From the IMG/VR virus record IMGVR_UViG_3300009431_000003: a stretch of 64,000 nt of DNA; one strand, 5' to 3'. This DNA is from a virus. Positions 1 through 9,331 of the stretch are shown piece after piece (position 1 is the first letter of the stretch; every line of letters begins with the position of its first letter). The translations under genes and the position numbers were made by a program. The notes under the pieces are model-generated. The model did not search any database, was not told the origin of the DNA, and saw only the letters and a list, made by a program, of their open reading frames with translations.

Positions 1-1
1 A

Positions 2-472
2 CAAAAGCCTTATACCCCAGAGCAGCTACAAAAAGCTCAGCAGCTCTTAGAGGCTGTGCAAACCAATGTAGAAAGACAAACAGAATTGCTTCATAAAATT
101 GAGATAAACCAAGCAAAAGAATGGAACGAGTTGCAGGAACTGCGAGACATCTACCCCGAAATAGAAAAGGCTCTGAAACAATACATTCGTGTTGAAAATA
201 TGCAATATGGACCTCTTAAACCTAAAGCGAATAATACAGAATTTTTTAAACCGATGCCGTTTATTGCTCTGGCCGCAGAAAAAGGACTTTATGAAGATAT
301 GATTAAATTTGGGGTTATCACATTTAGTATAAACAAGAAGGAAGCTGAAAATTATCTGGCTAAATATCCCGAGCTACTTCCTGTTTTTAATACCTTCCGA
401 GATAAGAGACTCAATTACGTTGCGGTATATGGAGTCCCAAAACAACCAGAACTGGAAAATAAAAAGAAATGA
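2..472 (+). CDS. Hypothetical protein, 5'-truncated by the window edge
   Basis: The frame of the 56..472 ORF stays open back to position 2 (QKPYTPEQLQKAQQLLEAVQTN...); ATGA overlap with the next gene. Confidence 0.75.
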   Translation, partial: QKPYTPEQLQKAQQLLEAVQTNVERQTELLHKIEINQAKEWNELQELRDIYPEIEKALKQYIRVENMQYGPLKPKANNTEFFKPMPFIALAAEKGLYEDMIKFGVITFSINKKEAENYLAKYPELLPVFNTFRDKRLNYVAVYGVPKQPELENKKK

Positions 473-855
473 GGACACCTACAGAGATTATCGGCAAGGT
501 GCCTACAGGTATTTTAGTAGGCGAAGTTGTTTTTGAAAATACGGGCGAAGTACTTAAGTACCAAGCTGTTTTACCAACGGAGGAACTAATGGCAGATAAT
601 TTTTACGCGGAAAGAAATAAAAAGGGAGGCTTTAAAGCGGGAATCAGATGGCCTATAAAAACATTTGGAGAAGCAGCACTAGTCAAAGGGACCTCTCTCG
701 GGGTCGAAATAATGCTGGAAGCCGAATGTGATAATGATGCAGTTACCGTGGCCGAAGTCATGCAGCGACTCCAAAACGACGCACGATACTACGCGATGCA
801 AGGTCTTAAGCAAATACGAGAAGATGCTCAGGCTCACTTTCACATTAATTCCTAA
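469..855 (+). CDS. Hypothetical protein
   Basis: 128 aa ORF with an ATGA overlap to the upstream gene and protein-like composition. Confidence 0.75.
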   Translation: MRTPTEIIGKVPTGILVGEVVFENTGEVLKYQAVLPTEELMADNFYAERNKKGGFKAGIRWPIKTFGEAALVKGTSLGVEIMLEAECDNDAVTVAEVMQRLQNDARYYAMQGLKQIREDAQAHFHINS

Positions 856-866
856 TAGGAAATGCT

Positions 867-1178
867 ATGGATACAAAGATGAGGTACGCCCCAATAGTTC
901 CCCCTATTGGGGACATTCATTGGGTTTTTATCGAGAAGGTGGTAATCGATTTTAATAACAAGACTCCTTTACAGGTTTCATATAAAACTCTTGATGTACA
1001 CGGCTCTACAGTAACTAGTGGGGTTTATCATGGAGGTATGTCCATTAACAGAGAGGTTGCCACTCAAATACTTACAGTGGTAACTAATCTCGCCAGCGAA
1101 ATCTCAAGAGCGGTTTTGGGCATAAAAACAAAAGATGCGGTTGAGGAGACAGATGCTAGAAAAATTGAACAATTGTAA
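867..1178 (+). CDS. Hypothetical protein
   Basis: 103 aa ORF in operon context, AGGA upstream. Confidence 0.7.
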   Translation: MDTKMRYAPIVPPIGDIHWVFIEKVVIDFNNKTPLQVSYKTLDVHGSTVTSGVYHGGMSINREVATQILTVVTNLASEISRAVLGIKTKDAVEETDARKIEQL

Positions 1179-1189
1179 AGGAGAGGTAT

Positions 1190-2632
1190 ATGCTGGATCT
1201 TGAGCAGGCTCTCCTCTATAAAATACTCGAAACCGGCGACTTTGACTACATTGACTCAGAGGGTATTACAAGCGCACTAATAACAGATACTCTCCTGGCC
1301 CACTTGTTTGATAAGATTCAAACACATTACCACAAAGCGGAGACAAAAGGGGAAACACTGTCAATGCGTCAAGCTGCCTATATCTACCCATCAATTACAG
1401 CGATCCCACCCCCACAGGAAAATCTAAAAACTCTTGTAAGGGACCTACGGAATGATTATGTCTGTCGTAGACTAGGCAACCTAAGCCATACAATCAATAG
1501 TCTTACAATAGAAGGGGATGCGCGAAGAGCTATTGCTGCCATTCAGGAAGAATTAAAGGAGTTGGAACGGAGCACAGGTTCCTCCCGAGATTTAGTTCTT
1601 ACAGAACATTACGACCGTATCCTTAAAAAGTATATCATTATTAGGGACCATCAAGGGTTAACAGGAATACCGTGGCCCTGGAACCCTTTAAATGAAGAAA
1701 CTTTAGGGATTCAGCGGGGGGATTACATTATATTCTCCGCTCGCCCAAAGAGCATGAAGACATGGGTGTTAATCTATTTGGCTTACCATGCGTACGTCAA
1801 CTCCGGTCGGCGAGTACTTTTTTATACCCGAGAAATGAGTCCGGAAATAATTCTCCGACGAATGGTGGCTATGTCCGGAAAAGTAGACTACAAAAGCTTT
1901 ATTAAAGCCAGGCTTACTTATGAAGAAGAAGCTAATGTTCTCCGTAGCATACAAAACCTGAAAGTTGAAGAACAGCTCCAGCGAGCCAGTGGTAACCCTA
2001 GATCATTGCTTCAAGTAACAAACCTATCTGATGCAGGGCATGGGAGCGGAATCCTTGGGTTATCCAAAAAGATTAAAGAGATGAAGCCCGATCTGGTTTG
2101 TATTGATGCAATATATCTTATGCCGGATGACAGAGCAAAAAAAGGTACAGCTGAGCATACAAAGCATTTACACGTTTCTCGGGATGTCAGGGGACTGGCT
2201 CTTGACGAGCAGCTTCCTGTTGTCGGCACTACTCAAGTAAATCGTGCTGGAGCAGATACGAAAGGAACATCCTCTAAGGAAGGGGCTTTTACTGATGCTT
2301 ACATGCAAGATGCCGAAATCTTGGCCCGAATTAACTTGAGGAGGAGAAAACAAGATGCGGTAATTATTCTGTCCGGTGGACGGGAGACTAACTTAGACGG
2401 ATTCATCATAAATACCAGACCAGCATATGACTTTAGTCATAAGAAAGGGCCTCTCCCCCCAAACTACCTAAAACTTCTTGGATATGATCCTAATGAGGAT
2501 GAGGAAGATGACCCTCATGAGTACAAATCTACTATGGATAAACCTTTACAAGGCAAAGATCGATCAGATAAACAGCAACAGGTCTCTGTAAATAAAGCCA
2601 GTAAAGCTGCACGAATAAAATTTACTATCTAG
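1190..2632 (+). CDS. dnaB: DnaB-like (SF4) replicative helicase
   Basis: N-terminal DnaB-like helical domain, Walker A-like SARPKSMKT, YTREMS, Walker B LVCIDAIYLM, TTQVNR motif; AAGGAGAGG RBS. Confidence 0.9.
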   Translation: MLDLEQALLYKILETGDFDYIDSEGITSALITDTLLAHLFDKIQTHYHKAETKGETLSMRQAAYIYPSITAIPPPQENLKTLVRDLRNDYVCRRLGNLSHTINSLTIEGDARRAIAAIQEELKELERSTGSSRDLVLTEHYDRILKKYIIIRDHQGLTGIPWPWNPLNEETLGIQRGDYIIFSARPKSMKTWVLIYLAYHAYVNSGRRVLFYTREMSPEIILRRMVAMSGKVDYKSFIKARLTYEEEANVLRSIQNLKVEEQLQRASGNPRSLLQVTNLSDAGHGSGILGLSKKIKEMKPDLVCIDAIYLMPDDRAKKGTAEHTKHLHVSRDVRGLALDEQLPVVGTTQVNRAGADTKGTSSKEGAFTDAYMQDAEILARINLRRRKQDAVIILSGGRETNLDGFIINTRPAYDFSHKKGPLPPNYLKLLGYDPNEDEEDDPHEYKSTMDKPLQGKDRSDKQQQVSVNKASKAARIKFTI

Positions 2633-2641
2633 GAGAATATC

Positions 2642-3682
2642 GTGGACCTTATGCACCTAGTTAAAGGGCTTCTTAGAGGAGCCAAAAAATCAGGAGAAAG
2701 ATTTATTCAATCTTATTGTCCTTTCCATAAAGGCGGGCAAGAAATAAAACGATCTTTCATGATTAGTAAAACTGATGGGCATTGGTGGTGTTATTCATGT
2801 AAGCAGTACGGAGACTTAAAAAGGCTCTTTTCAATGCTGGGGGCAACCTCTTCATTTTATACAGACTTTGCGAGCCAGTATGAAGGGATAGGCGTAGTTG
2901 AGCATCCTAAAACTTTAGATAACTCTCCTTTTAATACAGATCCTGTGTTGCCCGAAGGTCTTTTAGGAGTATATGATTACATGCCTACAGTACTAACACA
3001 AAAAGGATATCACCCTTCCACTCTTAAATTCTTTGAAGTCGGAGTTGACCTACGAAGATATCGTATAACTTTTCCCATAAGGGACCTGGATGGAACTTTA
3101 GTTGGTATTGCCGGCAAGCGATTGTTGGAAGAAGAAGTTGAGACGCTTGGAAAGTATACAATTTATAGGCCAAGCGAAATCGATGCAGAAGTATCAGGAT
3201 ATTCTATACCTTACACAGGCAGATATCTATGGAACGCACACAACCTGATGAGACACAAAGAAGCAGGTAAAAAGTTTGATTTTGTTATAGTTGTCGAAGG
3301 CTATAAAGCTTTAATGTGGGTATGGCAGTGTGGGTTCCCGGAAGTTGTAGCAACTTTTGGTGCAAAAATAACATTTCCCTATATACCTCGCTTTGGAAAG
3401 TATACTCCAGAGAGGTATAAAGTCCCTGTAAAGAACCAAGTACAGGCTATTCTTCGACTGAGCCCAAAGCGGGTTCTTTTATTCTTTGATAACGACTCTA
3501 CGGGAAGGAGCGCCACTTATGGAGATCGCATGTCTCTAGGAGGATTTAAAAAAAAAGGGCTGGCACTTAAGCTCTCTAATTATGTACCTGTGCAGATCAT
3601 GCCATACCCCCGGCAAGATGCTATGCAGCCAGACTTTTTAAGTTCAACAGAAATCGAATGGTCATTTATAAACGCAGCATGA
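2642..3682 (+). CDS. dnaG: DnaG-type DNA primase (CHC2 Zn finger + Toprim)
   Basis: CPFH...WWCYSC zinc finger, RITFPIRD..G..VG, Toprim VVEG and FFDND..G; GTG start after AGGAG. Confidence 0.88.
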   Translation: MDLMHLVKGLLRGAKKSGERFIQSYCPFHKGGQEIKRSFMISKTDGHWWCYSCKQYGDLKRLFSMLGATSSFYTDFASQYEGIGVVEHPKTLDNSPFNTDPVLPEGLLGVYDYMPTVLTQKGYHPSTLKFFEVGVDLRRYRITFPIRDLDGTLVGIAGKRLLEEEVETLGKYTIYRPSEIDAEVSGYSIPYTGRYLWNAHNLMRHKEAGKKFDFVIVVEGYKALMWVWQCGFPEVVATFGAKITFPYIPRFGKYTPERYKVPVKNQVQAILRLSPKRVLLFFDNDSTGRSATYGDRMSLGGFKKKGLALKLSNYVPVQIMPYPRQDAMQPDFLSSTEIEWSFINAA

Positions 3683-3696
3683 AAGGAATTTAGTTT

Positions 3697-5076
3697 ATGC
3701 CTATGGATTTAAAAAGGTCCTTCCGTACAGGAGGAGTATCAACAGCCTCCTTTGGTGGAAGAGGATCACGCGGTAGTTATTCTTGGGGAATTATTCTTCC
3801 CAAACTGTCTCAAATCCCTGCAGGTATCCCCGTGGTTTTAAGGCCTGGTGCTTATCCAGACCCTGTAGATAGTATGGGACAATTTATTGTAGACCCACAA
3901 AAGGTACAGGATTCTGCGCTTTATCATTATCTTGAAGCTCGCCTTAAAGTCCCAAGTCAGGGATATCCTAAAGTTATGCAAGACAGCGTCAGCTTTGATC
4001 CCAATAACCCACAACCCTCCATGTTCTCCTGGGCAAAAAACCAAGAACAATATAAAAAGAGACTAAAGTCCGGAACCCAAAAATGGGCCATTACCGTAGT
4101 CTCTTTGGCGCCACATCATAAAGTTCCTCAAACAGATAAAAACGGAATGTTAAAGACCCGAGATGACGGGACACCTTATTATAATATTTATCGCTGTGAC
4201 TACTATGGACGTAATAAGGAATGTACTTATTGCAAAGATACAATAAATTTCCCTTATGTTCTTGGTCGAAAATACTACTGGTCCTTTGGTAAAAATCACC
4301 GAGAAAACCTGGAAGGAATTACTGACCAGATTAGTCAACGATGCAACTCGTGCGGTGTAGGAACTGTTTTTATTGCTAAACTTACTTGTGCCAATTGCGG
4401 AGCAATTATTGCTGATATCAATAGTGGTCTCAGTGACAATGACATGAATGATCGGGCTTCCCTCCCTTGTCTTTGTTACAACTGTAATTATACTGGGTAC
4501 ACTATCGAAGCCGAACTCCGTTGTAATAGGTGTCAACAGCCTAAACGCCAGAAAATCACTGATAGAGTCCTCTGGCTCGGAAAACAAGGGGAAAAGATGG
4601 ATTCTGAAGTAGTTCTGGTCAGTGATTGTAGTATTACTGAGTTCGATCCAGTTATGCAACAATGGAGCTCTTGGGGAGTCACAGGCACTACTCAAGAATT
4701 GCTTGATAAAATAGGGGCACCTATTGATTTTGATAACCACAAAGAAATAGGACGCAAAACCCTTATAGACCAGGCTGAATTTTTAGAATGCAATATTCCG
4801 CCCGAATTACAGGCCGCTGCACAGCAACAAACGCCACAACAGCAAATTGCCCCAGGCAACCCTCAACAAGAAATTGCACAAGAGTATCCTCCTGCACAAC
4901 CAAATTACAGTACACAACAACCAATGCTCTATACGTATCCATCTACAGGGGACCAACAAGCAGCACTAGAAGCCGTGCAGGCCAAGAATGAAGCATTACA
5001 ACCTCAACAGCCTTCGCCACAGGGTCCTATAGGGGCAAGTAGGCCATTTGGTCAACCACCTAAACAAGGACAATAA
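3697..5076 (+). CDS. Zn-rich protein, probable ssDNA-binding protein (gp32-like) with Gln/Pro-rich tail
   Basis: Lies between primase and polymerase; HH...C-x8-C-x2-C resembles the T4 gp32 Zn site; four more CxxC pairs; low-complexity C-terminus. The SSB function is inferred. Confidence 0.55.
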   Translation: MPMDLKRSFRTGGVSTASFGGRGSRGSYSWGIILPKLSQIPAGIPVVLRPGAYPDPVDSMGQFIVDPQKVQDSALYHYLEARLKVPSQGYPKVMQDSVSFDPNNPQPSMFSWAKNQEQYKKRLKSGTQKWAITVVSLAPHHKVPQTDKNGMLKTRDDGTPYYNIYRCDYYGRNKECTYCKDTINFPYVLGRKYYWSFGKNHRENLEGITDQISQRCNSCGVGTVFIAKLTCANCGAIIADINSGLSDNDMNDRASLPCLCYNCNYTGYTIEAELRCNRCQQPKRQKITDRVLWLGKQGEKMDSEVVLVSDCSITEFDPVMQQWSSWGVTGTTQELLDKIGAPIDFDNHKEIGRKTLIDQAEFLECNIPPELQAAAQQQTPQQQIAPGNPQQEIAQEYPPAQPNYSTQQPMLYTYPSTGDQQAALEAVQAKNEALQPQQPSPQGPIGASRPFGQPPKQGQ

Positions 5077-5078
5077 AT

Positions 5079-7019
5079 ATGGGAAGCTTAAACTCTTTCA
5101 AGGACCTGGGCACGTACCAGGTCCTTGACCATCCCGCAGATGCCATACAAATCAGAGATTACTTCATGGGCTTGGATTACGTTGCTTTTGATACCGAAAC
5201 GACCGGCCTCAACAACATGAAAGAGCATATTCTTGTATTTAGTGTGTCCGACGGTACTCGACGTTGGTCAATCCCAGTAAGCAACCTGGAAATATTCCAA
5301 CCTGTCTTTGAAAATCCGAACACTATTAAGATATGCCACAACATAAAATTTGATGCTCATATGCTGAAAAATCACGGCGTAATTCTTCAAGGAGAATGGC
5401 ATGATACTCTAGTAATGTCTTGGTTACTCAATGAAAATGAAGAATTAGGTCTCAAGCCCCAATTTGAAAAGTACTTTGAAACTCCTGTACCTACATTTAC
5501 CTCGACTTTTGGAAAAAAGAAAAAGATAAAAGGGTCCCGTAAATCAGAAACATTACCTCAAGCATTTGAGCGGGTGCTACGAGAAGAGCCAAATTTAGCA
5601 CATAATTATGCTTCGCAAGACGCATTAATGCATTTTTGGCTCTGGGACAATCATCGGAAGCTCTTAGAGAAACTATTTCTGTGGGAAGGGTTTCCTCTAT
5701 CAGGCTGGGAATATTTCCTGAAATACGAAGTACCTTTCACAAAAGTACTTTGGCGAATGGAAATGGCCGGGTTTAAGATTGATCTTGTCAATTTAAAGAA
5801 GTCTGAGCCTATCCTGGAAGAGAAGATGGACAATATCTCTAAAAAATTTGCTCATCTTGCCGGTCGGGAAGTAAATTTGAGTTCTCCAAAACAGATATCC
5901 GAGATGCTATACAACCAACTTGGGTACAAATATAAAATACAAGGAAAATCTTCTACAACAACAGACGTAACCGCACTAAAATACTTTAAGACAAAATTCG
6001 AATGTCCATACTCCAGCTTGGTACTGGACTACCGAGACGCAAAGAAGATGTATAGCACATATGTAAAAGCTCTGGTTAAATTTGCTTATTTGGACGAGCG
6101 GATACATACTACATTAAAACAGCACGGAACAGTAACAGGCAGACTGTCCAGTTCGGACCCAAACCTTCAAAATATCCCAAGGCCAGATAATGATATCTCT
6201 AACATTCGTGGTTCATTTGTGGCCTCGCCAGGATATAGACTAATCGTAGGTGACTATGCTCAATTAGAAATGCGCCTTATGGCGCATTTCTCGCAAGATC
6301 AGGCTATGATTGCTGCTATTTTAGGAGGACAGGATCTCCATACTTTTACAGCCGCAAAGATGTTTGGTTATGAGTATAGTCAACTAATATCCCTCATTAA
6401 AGAAGCAAAGGAGGCTTCTCAAAAAGAAGTAAGCTCAAAAGAGCAAAGACACCTTCTTACCTTAAGGCATACAGCTAAGACAATTAACTTCGGAATATTA
6501 TACGGAATGGGCGCATATAGACTAATGATTACTCTCGCTGAAGGCGGCGTAGTCAAATCACGAGAAGAATGTAAAGCACTTCTTAGCCAATATTTCCGAG
6601 CCTTTCCTGGGGTACATAGTTACATTAATTTTGTACATAAAGACGCAAAAGCCAAAGGATATATCAATACAATTTCTGGGCGTAGAAGAAGGCTCCCGGA
6701 CGCAAACTCTCCACGGCGCGGGGACGCTGCTAGAGCTCTTCGTCAGTCAGTCAATGCTATCATCCAAGGCTCGGCTGCTGATGTTGTTAAGTTTGCTATG
6801 ATTGATTGTGCTAAGGATACTCAACTTAAGTATTGGAATGTAACTTTATTACTTCAAGTACACGACGAGTTAATTTTTGAGGTCCCTGATAATGATTATA
6901 TTGTCAACTTGGCACTGGAACAAGTTAAGTCCTTAATGGAGAGTCCTTTTGATCAACCTTTGGCTGTTCCTTTACCCGTAGATATCGCAGATGGTTATTC
7001 GTGGTCGGAGGCAAAATGA
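5079..7019 (+). CDS. polA: Family A DNA polymerase (3'-5' exonuclease + polymerase, no 5' nuclease domain)
   Basis: ExoI FDTETTG, ExoII HNIKFD, ExoIII YASQDA, TGRLSSSDPNLQNIP, motif A DYAQLEMR, motif B AKTINFGILYG, motif C LQVHDELIFE. Confidence 0.97.
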   Translation: MGSLNSFKDLGTYQVLDHPADAIQIRDYFMGLDYVAFDTETTGLNNMKEHILVFSVSDGTRRWSIPVSNLEIFQPVFENPNTIKICHNIKFDAHMLKNHGVILQGEWHDTLVMSWLLNENEELGLKPQFEKYFETPVPTFTSTFGKKKKIKGSRKSETLPQAFERVLREEPNLAHNYASQDALMHFWLWDNHRKLLEKLFLWEGFPLSGWEYFLKYEVPFTKVLWRMEMAGFKIDLVNLKKSEPILEEKMDNISKKFAHLAGREVNLSSPKQISEMLYNQLGYKYKIQGKSSTTTDVTALKYFKTKFECPYSSLVLDYRDAKKMYSTYVKALVKFAYLDERIHTTLKQHGTVTGRLSSSDPNLQNIPRPDNDISNIRGSFVASPGYRLIVGDYAQLEMRLMAHFSQDQAMIAAILGGQDLHTFTAAKMFGYEYSQLISLIKEAKEASQKEVSSKEQRHLLTLRHTAKTINFGILYGMGAYRLMITLAEGGVVKSREECKALLSQYFRAFPGVHSYINFVHKDAKAKGYINTISGRRRRLPDANSPRRGDAARALRQSVNAIIQGSAADVVKFAMIDCAKDTQLKYWNVTLLLQVHDELIFEVPDNDYIVNLALEQVKSLMESPFDQPLAVPLPVDIADGYSWSEAK

Positions 7020-7333
7020 CACAAAAAGGTTTGGGCCTTAAAGAGGATATATTAGCATTATTGAAACTACAGGCCCCAACAATTAAAGACCCAAATATAT
7101 TTGCGGATATGTTACTTGACCTAATCGCAGAAACCTTTTCTGGGTTACTACTGCGAAGAGGTCATTTAACTATCCCAAAATTTGGTAGGTTTGAGGTATC
7201 ACAGCAAAAGCGGATAGCTACAAAATTTAAAGGGAAAAAGACTGTCCGCTTTTACCCGGCAAAAAACTTAAAAAAGGAAATAGAGGAGGCAACTAATGGG
7301 AATAGAGAAATACGGTGTCAGGACAAAAAGTAA
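7016..7333 (+). CDS. HU/IHF-like DNA-binding protein with shortened beta-arm
   Basis: Two helices, then LTIPKFGRFEV...VRFYPAKNLKKEI; start set at the ATG overlapping the polA stop (ATGA). Confidence 0.75.
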   Translation: MTQKGLGLKEDILALLKLQAPTIKDPNIFADMLLDLIAETFSGLLLRRGHLTIPKFGRFEVSQQKRIATKFKGKKTVRFYPAKNLKKEIEEATNGNREIRCQDKK

Positions 7334-7481
7334 AGCCCCTGGAGAAAAGACTGCAGCAAGCAAAGCAATTTGTCCGAAATGTGGAGCAGGAATGCTCAAA
7401 GATACAAACATAGCCAAATGTTCTAAATGTGGGACAGAGCCTTTTGAGGAGACTCCTAATGGCAAAAAAGCAAAAGAGTGA
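7296..7481 (+). CDS. Small Zn-ribbon protein
   Basis: CPKCG...CSKCG; GAGGAGG RBS upstream. Confidence 0.8.
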   Translation: MGIEKYGVRTKSKAPGEKTAASKAICPKCGAGMLKDTNIAKCSKCGTEPFEETPNGKKAKE

Positions 7482-8868
7482 GCGCCGAGAACTTACCCCA
7501 AAAGAACGAAGTAAGAGACTAAGTGTGTATAGAGAAAAATTCAATACGCAGCACTCAAGCACTGCCTGCTTAACTCCTTCAAAGAAATTTACTTCAATAC
7601 CCTCGGTAGTCCGTTGGCCTACAGGATACCCTCAGCTTGATCTTGCTCTTGGAGGAGGCTGGCCTGGAGGCTGCTTAAATGAGGCAATTGGCGGCTCTGG
7701 GCTAGGAAAGACAACTATTTTTCTAACTGCAATGGGCAAGGCTCAATGGAGAATGAAAGAAGCAAGCTGTTTAGCAATTGCAGCCCCAGAAGGGTTTGAT
7801 AAATTCTTCGGAAAAATGTTGGGGTTTCATGTCAGTTTTTCGGAAGAAGAAATTGGGTGGCTGGAATACAAACTTCAGCGCAAACTTGATAATAAAGAAA
7901 AAGAATGGCTCCGTTTTCAGCTTGGCCATGTTGAGTTTATTCAAGGAAAAGATCATGCAGCGATCCTCGATGGGATTCTTGGAGTCGTAAAACTGAATGA
8001 ATATCAAATTGTGCTTCTTGATAGTATTGGAGCCTTAACCAGCATCCATGGTGAGAAGGACCACGATTTAGATAGTGTATCAGATAGGGCTTATGGAGGC
8101 ATTGCTTACGAGTTGACAAATTTTGTAAATGGGTACCTTGGTTTAATGGCGTGGAAAGATGAGTATAGCGAACCTTACCAAACATCTGTTTTTGCAGTAA
8201 ATCAAAAACGAGACAGTTTAAGCAAGTTTATCAGCGATAAAGTTCCTGGAGGAAATGCACTAATGCACGCAAAGGCCATTTCGGTCAAGTTCTTCCCGCC
8301 ACAAGCAAGTAAAATCGTTGTAGGTACTCAGCAAGTTGGAAAGATTGTTGGGTGGAGGATTGTAAAAGGAAAACATGGCACCAGGGACGGTATTGATGGA
8401 GAACTCCATTTTATGTATGTTTCCAGGCCAGATGACTTTAAAACCTTCCAACTTGAAAATCGTACGTATGGTGGATTCAATTATTATATGGACCTAATCC
8501 AGCTTGCACTAAAAACCGGCGTCCTGGTATTATCAGGCACTTCTCATTACTATTTTCCAGTATGGGAGCAAGAAAAAGCAGAGAAGCCTCCTGTTGTTTA
8601 TGACAAAAAAGAATGGGAAGAGTCAGGAGGCACCTGGGTATTTTATGTTAATGGGATCACCGCGATACAAAATTATCTCTATCAGGCCCCTGTTGTTGTA
8701 GAAGATATGCTAACAAGAGTCCGTCTTATTACCGGACATCAACACTGGGAAAAAGTTGTATGGATACCTAAACGAGACATAGCAATCTCTCCGAAGAAAC
8801 AAAAACTAAAACCAAAAGCAAAAAAGAAAGTAGCCAAGAAGGGCAAAAAGAAAAATGGCAACACGTAA
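7459..8868 (+). CDS. recA: RecA-family recombinase with Lys-rich C-terminal tail
   Basis: PTGYPQLDLALGGGWPGG, Walker A GGSGLGKTT, Walker B IVLLDSIGAL, VNQKR, PGGNALMH; start moved to ATG 7459 behind GAGGAG. Confidence 0.9.
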   Translation: MAKKQKSERRELTPKERSKRLSVYREKFNTQHSSTACLTPSKKFTSIPSVVRWPTGYPQLDLALGGGWPGGCLNEAIGGSGLGKTTIFLTAMGKAQWRMKEASCLAIAAPEGFDKFFGKMLGFHVSFSEEEIGWLEYKLQRKLDNKEKEWLRFQLGHVEFIQGKDHAAILDGILGVVKLNEYQIVLLDSIGALTSIHGEKDHDLDSVSDRAYGGIAYELTNFVNGYLGLMAWKDEYSEPYQTSVFAVNQKRDSLSKFISDKVPGGNALMHAKAISVKFFPPQASKIVVGTQQVGKIVGWRIVKGKHGTRDGIDGELHFMYVSRPDDFKTFQLENRTYGGFNYYMDLIQLALKTGVLVLSGTSHYYFPVWEQEKAEKPPVVYDKKEWEESGGTWVFYVNGITAIQNYLYQAPVVVEDMLTRVRLITGHQHWEKVVWIPKRDIAISPKKQKLKPKAKKKVAKKGKKKNGNT

Positions 8869-9331
8869 AGATTCAAAAAATCAGGAACGCAGACACGTAA
8901 AAGAACAAGGAGGCATAGTACATCTTGGGTCTGGAAATTTACCTGGAGGCAAGGATGATTGCTCCAGTCGTAATTTCTACCGAGCTGAATTAAAAATTAC
9001 AGATGCAGACTGTTATCGTATGAGTACTAAAGCGTTCTTTCGTACTCTTCAACGGGGACGACTAAATGGCCAGCTTGCTTATTGGGTCATTGAATTTAAG
9101 CACCGCAGGACTATTTGGATAATGTCTGCGACCCAAACGGTCCATAGCCTAAACCTTATTGAATATAACAAAAAGACAATTAACTTTTGCTTGTCTGATT
9201 TGTTATTGCTACCTCAACAGGCTCCTCTTATTGAGTATCACGTACTAAACCCAACTAACGGACGTAAAGAGGGTATCGTTATTTTCTGGAAGGAGGACAC
9301 ACATGGCATTTCCCAACAGCGAGTGCCTTAA
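8855..9331 (+). CDS. PD-(D/E)XK nuclease, Holliday junction resolvase (Hjc)-like
   Basis: E...GSG....KDD......AELK catalytic pattern; directly downstream of recA. Confidence 0.7.
   Translation: MATRKDSKNQERRHVKEQGGIVHLGSGNLPGGKDDCSSRNFYRAELKITDADCYRMSTKAFFRTLQRGRLNGQLAYWVIEFKHRRTIWIMSATQTVHSLNLIEYNKKTINFCLSDLLLLPQQAPLIEYHVLNPTNGRKEGIVIFWKEDTHGISQQRVP

Noticed and set aside
3545-3559. A9 slippery run in the primase gene as a programmed frameshift
   Set aside because: The -1 frame closes after about 30 codons with a non-protein-like sequence, while the zero frame completes the Toprim domain
6460-6515. Polymerase motif B variant indicating a special lifestyle or modified bases
   Set aside because: The residue equivalent to E. 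coli 762 is the ordinary Phe (KTINFG), and no base-modification genes are in the window
1190-8868. Inteins or self-splicing introns in helicase, polymerase or RecA
   Set aside because: Motif spacing is contiguous, with no intein splice-junction or homing-endonuclease motifs
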